From an uncultured delta proteobacterium (GTDB taxonomy: Bacteria > Desulfobacterota > Desulfuromonadia > Desulfuromonadales > BM103), in contig CAVQRZ010000005.1 in assembly GCA_963715335.1 (NCBI GenBank), forward strand, positions 128,001 through 192,000: a stretch of 64,000 nucleotides of DNA. Direction: 5' to 3'. Shown piece by piece: positions 31,496 through 41,099 of the stretch. Numbering within the stretch: the first letter of the stretch is position 1; every line of letters begins with the position of its first letter. The position numbers were made by a program, and so were the translations under genes. The notes below the pieces were generated by a model that made no database searches, was not told the DNA's origin, and saw nothing but the letters and a program-made list of their open reading frames with translations.

Positions 31496-33157
31496 TCACG
31501 CACTCCCCAACCGCACAATTAACCCACCGATATAACGCGGATCAATATCTTCGAAGCCGATCGAGCAGAACTCCTCCTCCCAGATATCCAGGCAATACCC
31601 GGCAAAGTCGCCGCCATCCGGCACCAGGGACTCGAGCCAGTGGACAGTTTCTTCGCGCAGGCGCGGGTGCAGCACACCCGATTGCGAGACCATCCCGTGC
31701 AGACCTGCCAGCTCTTCTTCGGCAAGCGGCAGGGGGAGAAAATCACGGCCCATGAGCTTGTTGGAGAGCGCCGTCAGGAAGAACTCCACCAGGCTAATGT
31801 CTTCGATATCGCCGGGTTGACAGCCATCCAGGTCCAGCGTTGCCGGGTCAGGCAACACAAATGGCAGCCCTTCCTCAAAAATACGCCGTTGCACTTCGAT
31901 CCTCGCCAGCCACTGGTCAACCGACCTGATTTCATACAGGTTGGCGAACATGCGCGTGCCACCCCGGGTCGGGTCACCCACACCCTCGAAATAGAGCGGC
32001 GGGTTCTGAGCGAGCGCCTCGAGGCAGGTCCGTGCGTTCGGGTCAAGATAGGGGGCGAGCGAGGCCCTGCTCAAGGCTGCGGCCCGGCGCTGCAACTTCA
32101 GGGTCAGGCTGTAACCGAGGCGGAACAAGTCTTCACAGTAGCATTCGTCCAGACTGTGCCTGGCCACTGCCAGATCCTCGCCGGCCAGCCACTCCAGGGC
32201 AAGGTTGAGATAGGCATCGACCTTGCTGATCACGTCTTTGACCTGGTCGAGAGCGCCCATTTCGACACGATCGGCCATCATCACCTTGTTGACCACGTTG
32301 GCCAGTTCCCAGGCCAGCTCTTCGTCCAGCCCTTCGGCGAGGACCTCGGCCAGAATCCCTTTCGGGCGCACCAGCGTTAAGGTAAAGCCGGGCGCACTCG
32401 CCGCAAAGGAGCCGGGAGCGAGTTTGAACGGGCGCTTTTCCCTGTACAGGTCTGGATCCAGCCAGGTGTAGACCTGCCGTGCCGAGAACGATTCCGGAAT
32501 CCCCATGTCGAGCAGGCGGCCGGTACGTTGCTGATAGACACACTCCTCGAGCATGATCATCGATTCGGCCCGCACCGCTTCGAGCAGGTAGACAAAGAAC
32601 TCCGCCTCGGTGGTCTGCAGGATTTCGATGAGCCGGCCATAGAGTTTGGCGCCATTCTCCGAGCGGTAGTTGATCTCATAACCGCCTTCACGCTTCACCG
32701 CCTCGGCGCGGGCGTCATCATCGTCGAGCGCATCAGGCCCAGAAATGATTTCCAATTCGGTTTTGAGGATCAGGGTCAAGAGTTCGAAGTTCATGGTGCG
32801 CAGAACGTTGAAGACCGTCTCTTCGTCACTCTCCATCAGGGTCGCGAGCCAGCGATGGGCCTTGGCCGCAGCGAATGCGTCACCATCCCAGCAGTCAAGG
32901 TCAATGAAACCTGTCCATTGTTCAGGCGTAGCAAGGCCGAGCAGTTCCGGCAGGTGTTCCGGGCCACGTTCCATGGCCAGCAGATACACTTCCTGCGCTG
33001 ACAACTGCGCGATCAGCTCGGCACCGTTGGCCGCATCAAGTAACAGTTCGGACTTCTGCCGGGCATCCTGGCAGCGCAGAACATCGATCTGCTCTGCGAA
33101 CGGCAGCCGGGAGAACTCTTTCTGGCTAATGCTTGGGATGGAAGGTTTGATCGACAT
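31496..33157 (-). CDS. Conserved acidic hypothetical protein (DUF6178-like)
   Basis: 553-aa ORF with normal codon bias; FIDLDCWDGD motif; family name from recall only. Confidence 0.6.
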   Translation of the reverse strand: MSIKPSIPSISQKEFSRLPFAEQIDVLRCQDARQKSELLLDAANGAELIAQLSAQEVYLLAMERGPEHLPELLGLATPEQWTGFIDLDCWDGDAFAAAKAHRWLATLMESDEETVFNVLRTMNFELLTLILKTELEIISGPDALDDDDARAEAVKREGGYEINYRSENGAKLYGRLIEILQTTEAEFFVYLLEAVRAESMIMLEECVYQQRTGRLLDMGIPESFSARQVYTWLDPDLYREKRPFKLAPGSFAASAPGFTLTLVRPKGILAEVLAEGLDEELAWELANVVNKVMMADRVEMGALDQVKDVISKVDAYLNLALEWLAGEDLAVARHSLDECYCEDLFRLGYSLTLKLQRRAAALSRASLAPYLDPNARTCLEALAQNPPLYFEGVGDPTRGGTRMFANLYEIRSVDQWLARIEVQRRIFEEGLPFVLPDPATLDLDGCQPGDIEDISLVEFFLTALSNKLMGRDFLPLPLAEEELAGLHGMVSQSGVLHPRLREETVHWLESLVPDGGDFAGYCLDIWEEEFCSIGFEDIDPRYIGGLIVRLGSA

Positions 33158-33243
33158 GGCAGAACTCCACTGAGGGTAATAGGGAGCACAACTTAATCGA
33201 TGTGGGGATGTGCGTCAAGGGGACAGGCGGTTATTGTCGATCA

Positions 33244-34065
33244 TCAGCCGATACTGCCGAGGCTGGCCAGGGACACCATCATATCTTTCCGGACGAGCCC
33301 TGCATCGCCCAGCACCATCAATGCATTCTTGCCGACACAGGCAAAGCCTTCTGCAGCAAGAAGTCGGCGGGCCGGTGAAGAAGCAAGGGCGTCAACCACA
33401 ACTTCGACATGAGGGTCCGCAGCAATGAGAATTTTTTGCAGCAGCAGCCGGTTGGCTCTCGGACAGCGGGAGGGCGAATACCAGGGCCCGATGATCTGCA
33501 GGCCAGGCTCACGCTGGAGCAGCGCGACCGAGCCATCACAGGCGAAGGCCTGACCACACACGCTAAGGGCACCAAGCAGGACGGTCCGGTCCTCACCCCA
33601 TGCGGCCCGATCCTGATTCCGCAGGAGTTGCTCCGCGTCGTTCTCGAACCCGGCAGCCTGACCACAACCTGCTCTTTTGCCGATTATCCACCTCTCGATT
33701 TTGTCGACCAGAACGAACCCGGATTTTTCATAAATTGGCCGGCCCATTTCTGAAGCCGTCAACCAGATGGTCTCCAGGTTTTGAGCCTGCAGCGCCGAGA
33801 GTGCCGCCATGAACAGTTGCGAACCGTGACCCCGGCCCCGCAGCTGCTCCGGCACGATCAGGTTGCCGATCCAGCCGCTGCGCTGGTAGGCAACCGAGGT
33901 CACCAGGCCACAGAAGATCTGTCCCTTCTCCAGGACCCGCGCATAACAGGGCCACGATTCCCTGAATAGTTGACGTTCGGTTTCGGGGACGCGCCAGCCC
34001 TCTGTCTCTGCAATGGTGTGAAAATTATCCCAATCGGATTTTTCTGCGAGACGGATCTTTTTCAT
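33244..34065 (-). CDS. GNAT N-acetyltransferase
   Basis: WIGNLIVPEQLRGRGHG (motif A), LTASEMGRPIYEKSGF; start ATG 34065. Confidence 0.88.
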   Translation of the reverse strand: MKKIRLAEKSDWDNFHTIAETEGWRVPETERQLFRESWPCYARVLEKGQIFCGLVTSVAYQRSGWIGNLIVPEQLRGRGHGSQLFMAALSALQAQNLETIWLTASEMGRPIYEKSGFVLVDKIERWIIGKRAGCGQAAGFENDAEQLLRNQDRAAWGEDRTVLLGALSVCGQAFACDGSVALLQREPGLQIIGPWYSPSRCPRANRLLLQKILIAADPHVEVVVDALASSPARRLLAAEGFACVGKNALMVLGDAGLVRKDMMVSLASLGSIG

Positions 34066-34158
34066 CTTTGTTGAACGGAAGAAGCCCACAGAACACAATG
34101 CTCCATGGGCTTCCTCACCTGAAGGAGGTACACGTATGCACCTATAGCCCTGATTATC

Positions 34159-34174
34159 AGCAACAGCCGTGCCA
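34159..34174 (-). promoter_or_regulatory. sigma54 -24/-12 promoter upstream of the GNAT gene
   Basis: TGGCACGGCTGTTGCT. Confidence 0.8.
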
Positions 34175-34322
34175 AAAAAACGTGACCTTGTGTTATCAGG
34201 AGGTTGCGGAAATGCACCGGGATCAATTGTGTACAGAATGACTCAGCGTTGTGCATAAATTGATCTTTAGTGCAGAAATAATTTTTCTTCGACAAAGCGA
34301 TATGAATGCCCCGATCCATGCG

Positions 34323-35462
34323 TCAGGCCACCTTGAGACCGGCACTGTAAAGCCGTACCAGGTCGAGGTCAGACAATGAGCGCTTGTTGCTCTGCGCCAC
34401 AAGGCGCACCTGCTCGAGAAGCAGGTTAGCAGCCCTGTCATCAAGGTGGATGCCGAGTCGCTCAAGGCGATCTTGCAGACCATGACTGCCAGAGTGCTTA
34501 CCGACCACCATGTGTCGGCTCAAACCGACCTCGGCCGGGTCGTAGCCTTCGTAGTTGCCGGGGTATTTGAGAACACCATCAGTATGCAGCCCCGACTCAT
34601 GGGAAAAAACCTTCTCGCCGACCACGGCCTTCCATTCCGGAACCGGTCGGCAACTGGCCTGCCCGACCAGTCGGGACAGTTCAAGGAAGCGGCCGGTGTC
34701 GATCGACAGATCAATACCGCAGGCGTATTTGAGCGCCATGACGACTTCCTCTAAAGCCGCGTTGCCGGCCCGTTCGCCAAGGCCGTTGACCGTGGTGTTG
34801 ACGAACCGGGCACCGCCCCGGATACCGGCGATCGCGTTGGCCGTGGCCATGCCGAGGTCGTTGTGGGTGTGGACCTCCAGGTCGAGATCGCCCCTGGAGG
34901 CCAGATACCTCACCTTGTCGTAAGTGGCAAAAGGATCGAGGATGCCGAGGGTGTCACAGAAGCGGAAACGATCAGCGCCGAGGTTGCGGGCAATCGACAT
35001 CAGCTCGACAAGAAAATCGAGATCGGCCCGGCTGGCATCTTCACCGCCGACCGAAACATACAGATCATGCTGCTTGGCAAAACCCAGCGCCTTCTTGAGC
35101 TGCTCCTTCACCCAGTTGCGATCCTTGCGCAGCTTGTGCCTGATATGGATATCCGAGACCGACAGCGAGATGTCGACGGCCTGCACTCCGCTGTCGATCG
35201 ACGCCTGTATATCGGAAATGACCGCCCGGTTCCAGGTGATCAGGCGGGCGTTCAGACCCAGGTCGACCAGCTTCCTGACTGAAGCCTGCTCCGCCCTGCC
35301 CATGGCCGGGATGCCGCATTCCAGTTCGCCAACGCCGGTTTCGTCGAGCATGCGGGCGATACGGATCTTTTCTTCAAGGCTGAAGACGACTCCCGCGGTC
35401 TGCTCACCGTCACGTAAGGTTGTGTCGTCGATGATGATTTGTGGTGTGTCGATTTCAGGCAT
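34323..35462 (-). CDS. nifV: Homocitrate synthase
   Basis: DTTLRDGEQ, EDASRAD, HTHNDLG, GLGERAGNA, FSHESGLH; inside nif cluster. Confidence 0.95.
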   Translation of the reverse strand: MPEIDTPQIIIDDTTLRDGEQTAGVVFSLEEKIRIARMLDETGVGELECGIPAMGRAEQASVRKLVDLGLNARLITWNRAVISDIQASIDSGVQAVDISLSVSDIHIRHKLRKDRNWVKEQLKKALGFAKQHDLYVSVGGEDASRADLDFLVELMSIARNLGADRFRFCDTLGILDPFATYDKVRYLASRGDLDLEVHTHNDLGMATANAIAGIRGGARFVNTTVNGLGERAGNAALEEVVMALKYACGIDLSIDTGRFLELSRLVGQASCRPVPEWKAVVGEKVFSHESGLHTDGVLKYPGNYEGYDPAEVGLSRHMVVGKHSGSHGLQDRLERLGIHLDDRAANLLLEQVRLVAQSNKRSLSDLDLVRLYSAGLKVA

Positions 35463-35550
35463 GGGTTACCTCGTATGTTCCGCAGGCAGAAGGAAAGTGT
35501 TTAACGCAAAGGCGCAAAGACGCTAAGATTGCAATCAGGGGCTGAACAGC

Positions 35551-35615
35551 AAAAAGCCCCGGATCTCGCATCGGAGAGCCAGGGCGTCTTTGCCAGGAGC
35601 CGGCAACCTTGCCGG
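35551..35615 (-). promoter_or_regulatory. ANTAR dual-hairpin attenuator, nifV leader
   Basis: CCGGC-AAGGTT-GCCGG and GGC-AAAGAC-GCC overlapping terminator GCCCTGG...CCGGGGCTTTTT. Confidence 0.82.
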
Positions 35616-35635
35616 ACAAATCTGGATTAAGGTTA

Positions 35636-35651
35636 AGCAAACTGCGTGCCT
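35636..35651 (-). promoter_or_regulatory. sigma54 promoter of nifV
   Basis: AGGCACGCAGTTTGCT. Confidence 0.8.
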
Positions 35652-35871
35652 CATCTACCTGCCATGCCACTGAAATGGACAAGACCCTTAATTTATCTGC
35701 TTCTGAACGAAGAGAGACAGACAGATGGCAGGTTTTTCTTCGCGTCTTTGCGCCTTTGTGTTTAGAATTTATGCACAAAAAAAGAGCACCCAATCCAATT
35801 GTTGCCTGACAAGAACACATCCCCTCCCCAACAACTCGATAAAATGCCTGTTTTTGTGCCCATTCTGATCA

Positions 35872-35887
35872 TGGCAAGACTCTTGCT
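35872..35887 (+). promoter_or_regulatory. sigma54 promoter of nifEN
   Basis: TGGCAAGACTCTTGCT; NtrC-like TGCACA-N5-AGAGCA about 100 bp upstream. Confidence 0.75.
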
Positions 35888-36002
35888 CTGTAAGTATCGT
35901 AACCAGACATCACCCCCTTTCCCGCCAACGCTGCCGGAAAAACCGGGTTCCCTCCCAAAGATGCGACGGGACTGATTTCAAGACATTTGAAAGAGGTCCG
36001 AA

Positions 36003-37355
36003 ATGGCAGATAAGCCAAAAATCAAAGAACTGCTTGACGAGAGCGCCTGCAGCCACAACAAGGCCAGGAAAGTCGCCTGTAATGCACCTACTCCCGGGGC
36101 AACAACCGGAGGCTGCGCCTTTGAAGGCGCACAGATATCGCTGTTCCCTTATGCCGACGCCGCCCATCTTGTGCATGGGCCGATGACCTGTCTCGGCACG
36201 TCCTGGGAAACCCGCGCCACCGGCACCAGCTGGCAGGGACGCGACCTGACCCAGATGGGCTTCACCACCGACATCAACATCAACGACGTGGTCTTCAGCG
36301 GTGAAGAAAAAGTCTCTGCCTCGATCGATTACATCGTCGAGCGCTACCAGCCTGAAGCTGTATTCGTCTACAGCACCTGCGTCACCGCACTGATCGGCGA
36401 CGATATCGACCTGCTCTGCAAACGAGCCGCAGAGAGACATGACATCCCGGTGATACCGGTGCACGCACCCGGCTTTGTCGGCAGTAAAAACCTGGGCAGC
36501 CGCCTCGCTGGCGAAGCTGTACTGGCCCATCTGGTCGGAACGAAAGAGCCTGACCAAACCACCCCCTTCGATATCAACCTGATCGGTGAGTACAACGTCA
36601 CCGGCGACATGTGGCAATACACGCCGCTGCTCGAGGAGCTCGGCATCCGTGTACTGTCCACCTTGAGCGGCGACGGCAGGGTCGCACAGATTCGCGCCGC
36701 CCATCGGGCCAGGCTCAACGTCATTGTCTGCGCCAAGTCGCTGATCTCACTGACCAGGAAAATGGAGGAGCGCTACGGCATTCCGTCAATATCCCTCTCA
36801 TTCTATGGCAAGCGTGACACCAGCGAGGGCTTGCTTGCCATCGCCCGGGCACTCGGTGATGCCGACCTGATTGTCAGGACGAAAAAACTGGTCGCGCGCG
36901 AAGAGCGGAAACTTGATGAAAAGCTGGCGCCTTACAAAGCCTTCTTCCAGGGCAAGAAAGCCGTGTTGAATACCGGTGGCAACAAGACCTGGTCGATCGC
37001 GGCCGCCCTGCAGGACCTCGGCATCGAGGTGGTGGCGACCGCGGTCAAGAAAGCCACCGAGGATGATCGCGAGAAAGCCCGCCAGACTCTCGGCAAAAAC
37101 GGCGTGCTGATGATGAACCCTGGCGTCGAGCAGGCAAAGCTGATCGATGAAACCGGCGCCGACCTGTTGCTCGCCGGCGGTCGCAGCCTCTACACAGCGA
37201 TCAAGAAGGGGATTGCCTTTGCAGATGTCAACCAGGAGAAGAAAAAGAGCTACGGCGGCTACGACGGTTTGATTAACCTTGCTGAAGACCTCAAGAACGC
37301 CCTGCAGAATCCGGTCTTTAAAAATGTCGCCAGGAGGGCCCCATGGGCGAGGTAA
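36003..37355 (+). CDS. nifE: FeMo-co scaffold NifE
   Basis: GGCAFEGA, AHLVHGPMTC, YSTCVTALIGDD, PGFVGSKNLG. Confidence 0.95.
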   Translation: MADKPKIKELLDESACSHNKARKVACNAPTPGATTGGCAFEGAQISLFPYADAAHLVHGPMTCLGTSWETRATGTSWQGRDLTQMGFTTDININDVVFSGEEKVSASIDYIVERYQPEAVFVYSTCVTALIGDDIDLLCKRAAERHDIPVIPVHAPGFVGSKNLGSRLAGEAVLAHLVGTKEPDQTTPFDINLIGEYNVTGDMWQYTPLLEELGIRVLSTLSGDGRVAQIRAAHRARLNVIVCAKSLISLTRKMEERYGIPSISLSFYGKRDTSEGLLAIARALGDADLIVRTKKLVAREERKLDEKLAPYKAFFQGKKAVLNTGGNKTWSIAAALQDLGIEVVATAVKKATEDDREKARQTLGKNGVLMMNPGVEQAKLIDETGADLLLAGGRSLYTAIKKGIAFADVNQEKKKSYGGYDGLINLAEDLKNALQNPVFKNVARRAPWAR

Positions 37356-38677
37356 CCCGCAAGAGAGAGAAGCAGCTACAGGTCAACCCCTTCAAGCTCA
37401 GTCAGCCGATGGGTGCGACCCTGGCCTTTCTGGGCGTCGACAGGTGCATGCCGCTGATGCACGGGGGTCAGGGGTGTACCAGCTTCACCAAGGTCTTCTT
37501 CACCCGGCATTTCTGCGAACCGGTCGCCATCCAGACCAGCGCGGTCACCGATGCGATCGCCGTCCTCGACGGCGGCGACTACAGCATCGTTGAATCGGTG
37601 AAGAATATTACCGGGAAAATGTCGCCAAGCCTGATCGGCCTGCACAGCACCGGTCTGCCGGAAACCAAGGGCGACGACCTCCGCGGCGTTGCCAGTCAGA
37701 TCGGGTTCCCGATGGTCACTGTCAACACCCCGGATTATGAGGGGGGATTGGAAAGCGGATGGGCACTGACCTGCAAGGCGATGATCGAACAGCTGGTCAA
37801 ACCGGGCGGAGATGTCGATAACAACAAGCTGGTCCTCTTGCCGCACGTCAGCCTGCAACCGATAGAAGTCGAAAAGATCAAGGAGTTCATCGCGAGTTTC
37901 GGTTTCAACGTCTTCGCCCTGCCCGACCTGTCGACGTCTCTCGATGGCCATCTCGGCGAAAGACAGGCGGCTCTTTCCAGCGGGGGCATTGCCGTGGAGG
38001 AGATTCGCTCGCTCGGTGATGCCGGGCTGGTGATCAGCGTCGGCGATTCGATGCAGGGCTGCGCGACTGCGCTGCAGAGGAAAAATGCCGAGATGCGTCA
38101 TCATCACTTCGCTCATCTGCACGGACTCGAGGCGACCGACTCACTCGTCGAGAAGCTTCTGGCGGAGACTGGCTTCAGCTCCCCTCCGCAGCCGGTCGCA
38201 CGCTGGAGGCAACGCCTGCAGGACGCCATGCTCGACAGCCATTTCTCTCTCGGCCAGACCCGCTTTCTGGTCGCGGCCGAACCGGATCAGCTGGCCGGGA
38301 TCTGCCAGTCTCTTTATGACGCTGGCGGTAAGGTGGCTCTGGCGATCGCACCCGTCGATTCATCGCAACTGGACAAGGTGAGGGCCGACCAGGTGATGGT
38401 CGGCGATCTGGAAGATGCCGAGGACATGGCCGACAATTACGGCGTCATGATCGGCAACTTTCACTGTGAATCGATTGCACATCGACAGCAGAAGGGACTT
38501 GTCATCAGGGGGTTCCCGAACTGGGAGCAGGTGGGAAATTCGTTGAAGAATGATGTTTTGTACGAGGGGGGATGCTACTTCCTGTTCGAGACGGCGAATA
38601 TCGCCTCAGGGATGCGTTCCGATTCCTACCGTAAAAGCAGTCACTGTGTTATCGAGGAACGGCTAAAGAGAAAATGA
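37343..38677 (+). CDS. nifN: FeMo-co scaffold NifN
   Basis: NPFKLSQPMGA, HGGQGCTSF, PDLSTSLDGHL, DAMLDSHF. Confidence 0.95.
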   Translation: MGEVTRKREKQLQVNPFKLSQPMGATLAFLGVDRCMPLMHGGQGCTSFTKVFFTRHFCEPVAIQTSAVTDAIAVLDGGDYSIVESVKNITGKMSPSLIGLHSTGLPETKGDDLRGVASQIGFPMVTVNTPDYEGGLESGWALTCKAMIEQLVKPGGDVDNNKLVLLPHVSLQPIEVEKIKEFIASFGFNVFALPDLSTSLDGHLGERQAALSSGGIAVEEIRSLGDAGLVISVGDSMQGCATALQRKNAEMRHHHFAHLHGLEATDSLVEKLLAETGFSSPPQPVARWRQRLQDAMLDSHFSLGQTRFLVAAEPDQLAGICQSLYDAGGKVALAIAPVDSSQLDKVRADQVMVGDLEDAEDMADNYGVMIGNFHCESIAHRQQKGLVIRGFPNWEQVGNSLKNDVLYEGGCYFLFETANIASGMRSDSYRKSSHCVIEERLKRK

Positions 38678-39684
38678 CCGGCTACACCGAAAAAATCCGA
38701 CAATGGGCGATGGATACCCGCTACACAGGCCGCCTGGTCGATGCCGATGGCATCGGCGAAGTCGGTCTCGGCTTCTCCGAGGCCGGCACTCGCCTGGCAG
38801 TCAGGTTTGCCCTCAAGACCCGGTTCGACCGGGTCACGGACATCCGTTTTCAAGTATTCGGTTGCGGCTTCACGATCGCCGCATGCGCTGTTGCCGCGGA
38901 CATGTCGGCAAGAAACACCCTCGAAAACGTTAACCGGATCAACCCACGACAGATCGATAAAGCCCTCGATGGGCTCCCAGCAGAGCGAAGTTACTGCGCT
39001 GTACTGGCTATCGAAGCGCTGCATGCCGCAGTGAAAAGCGCTCGCAATGGTCGCCAGCCGGTCCAGGCAAGCCTGTCTGCAGAAACCGATCACGGGCCTC
39101 GGGTCACGGCAGAAAACCCTGTTTATACAGCCCTGGTCAACAGCCCGCAACCGAGCCATGTCACCTGGGAGGACCGGCACCTGTTCGCCTGCCTGTTGGC
39201 TGTTGCCGCCAGCGAACATTGCGATCTGGCAGAGGCTCTCGGTCTGGACGCCGATGACCTGGCAGCGATCCTGGATCATTTTTTCCCTTCTGCCGACCAT
39301 GACCTCCTTGACCGGCATGCCGTTCCCTGCGAAAATACGCCCCCGGAGGTCAACGAGGACATCCTGAAAATCCTGCTCCGCCACATTCCCATTGAGGCCG
39401 GCGCTCGTGACCTGCTCATCGCAACCTCACTCTGTAAAATCCTGGCTGCACGTGCCGCCCATCCCGGCCACCTCTGGATCGCCATGGGCCTGTTCGAGAG
39501 GCCGCAACTGAGCGCCGCAATCCGCCGCCACCTCCCCACCCTGGCGAAGGCCAACAGGCAAAACATGCGCTGGAAGCGTTACCTGTTCAAGCAGGTCTGT
39601 GATTTGAACGGGGGAGTGATGTGCAAGTCGCCGAATTGCGGCGTATGCAGTGACTATGCCTTGTGTTTTGCACGTGACGAGTAA
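38674..39684 (+). CDS. nifQ: IscU/NifU-N domain fused to NifQ
   Basis: N-terminal FQVFGCG...LDGLPAERSYCA; C-terminal HLW...NRQNMRWKRYLFKQVC...CKSPNCGVCSDYALCF (NifQ Cx4Cx2Cx5C). Confidence 0.85.
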   Translation: MTGYTEKIRQWAMDTRYTGRLVDADGIGEVGLGFSEAGTRLAVRFALKTRFDRVTDIRFQVFGCGFTIAACAVAADMSARNTLENVNRINPRQIDKALDGLPAERSYCAVLAIEALHAAVKSARNGRQPVQASLSAETDHGPRVTAENPVYTALVNSPQPSHVTWEDRHLFACLLAVAASEHCDLAEALGLDADDLAAILDHFFPSADHDLLDRHAVPCENTPPEVNEDILKILLRHIPIEAGARDLLIATSLCKILAARAAHPGHLWIAMGLFERPQLSAAIRRHLPTLAKANRQNMRWKRYLFKQVCDLNGGVMCKSPNCGVCSDYALCFARDE

Positions 39685-39848
39685 TTATCTACAGTCAGAA
39701 TGTCCGTGTAGCGGCCAGCCAAGGTTCATGTTAGTTTAGTGCAAAAGGAGCTGCCATTCTGCCTGCGAACATCCATAAACTGACTTCTGACGAGATATCT
39801 GAGATTGCGGACAGGACCAGGGCCTCTTTTCTGGCCGCAACCAAGCAG

Positions 39849-40715
39849 ATGAGGATCGACAACGACCTGGAGCAGGCGTTGATCGATCTCTATATCCCCC
39901 TGGCGGCGTGCCTTGCAGGACAAGCCGATGAATATGGTGCAACCCGGGTCATCGGTGTCAATGGTGCTCAAGGATCCGGCAAATCAACCTTGTGCACGCT
40001 GTTGCAGATTGTACTGCAAGAGGGTTTTGCAAAACGTGTCGCATCCTTCTCAATTGACGATATCTACCTGCCCCGCGCTGAGCGTGTGAGACTGGCAGAA
40101 AAGGTTCATCCTCTCCTGATGACCCGAGGTGTCCCCGGCACCCATGATGTTGCCCTTGGCCTGCAATTGCTGACCGAGCTCAGAGCCCTCAAGGCAGGCC
40201 AGTCTGTCGATCTCCCGGTATTCGACAAGTCCATCGACGATCGTTCGCCGGAGAAAGATTTCCGCCAGGTGAAAGGCCCCGTCAACCTGGTCCTTTTCGA
40301 AGGCTGGTGCGTCGGCGCCAGGCCCCAGCGGGATCAGGCCCTGTCGATACCGGTCAACCGCCTTGAGCGTCTTGAGGACCCCGACCGGGTCTGGCGGCGC
40401 TATGTTAACAAACAGCTGGGAAATGACTACAAACAGCTGTTCAGTGAAATCGACTTCCTGATCATGCTCAAAATCCCGGGAATGTCCAGCGTCATGGAGT
40501 GGCGCAGCAAACAGGAACACAAGCTGGCCAAGGCCTCTCCGGGTGGACAAAGGATCATGGACAGCGCCGCGCTGCAGCGGTTCATCATGCATTACGAACG
40601 ACTGACCAGGGCGATGCTGACAGAGATGCCGGAACGGGCAGACTTGATCTTTATGCTGGACCAGAAACACCAGATCGAGAGTGTGCAGATTAACAACGAG
40701 CGCCTTGTACTATAA
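39849..40715 (+). CDS. D-glycerate 3-kinase-like (GLYK) P-loop kinase; true start may be upstream
   Basis: GAQGSGKST, SIDDIYL, TRGVPGTHD, FDKSIDDR, FEGWCVG. Confidence 0.85.
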   Translation: MRIDNDLEQALIDLYIPLAACLAGQADEYGATRVIGVNGAQGSGKSTLCTLLQIVLQEGFAKRVASFSIDDIYLPRAERVRLAEKVHPLLMTRGVPGTHDVALGLQLLTELRALKAGQSVDLPVFDKSIDDRSPEKDFRQVKGPVNLVLFEGWCVGARPQRDQALSIPVNRLERLEDPDRVWRRYVNKQLGNDYKQLFSEIDFLIMLKIPGMSSVMEWRSKQEHKLAKASPGGQRIMDSAALQRFIMHYERLTRAMLTEMPERADLIFMLDQKHQIESVQINNERLVL

Positions 40716-41099
40716 AAAGTTCGGTGACAGTTCCCTTTTTTAACGTCGGGTCGATGAAATCCGACAACTGTCACCGAATTCCATACCAACAGAGACCCCT
40801 GGCCGATCCCACGTGCAGATTCGCGACAGCTTGAACCCTTCACCCGTAAATTCTGCACAGAAGCCGACATTAAAGACTTGCCGTTCAAGCCATCAACTCT
40901 TGTATAACTGCCCCCTGATTTAAGCCTTCCGGCGATTTCCAAAAAAGACGTTAGATTATTGTAATTTTTTGTCAAACAGTTATAGTCACGTAGTTCACCG
41001 TTAAATAAAACCTTGCCTGGGACGATTGTACGAGAACTTTTGTTTGTTTACACAAGTTCCATGTCGTATCGCTCTAACTAAACACTGCCGGGAGATGTT

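Larger units (their letters stand above)
35501..35765. repeat. Inverted octamer-repeat arms (CTTTGCGY units)
   Basis: TTAACGCAAAGGCGCAAAGACGCTAAG (35501-35527) versus CTTCGCGTCTTTGCGCCTTTGTGTTTA (35738-35764); exact 19-nt reverse-complement copy at 16857-16875. Confidence 0.75.

Noticed and set aside
35900..36000. ANTAR motif in the nifE leader (AACGCT and AAAGAT loops)
   Set aside because: Stems do not pair well and no terminator follows
40975..41005. ModE box upstream of the OprC-like receptor
   Set aside because: Only a weak half-site (GTTATA); not supportable without a matrix scan
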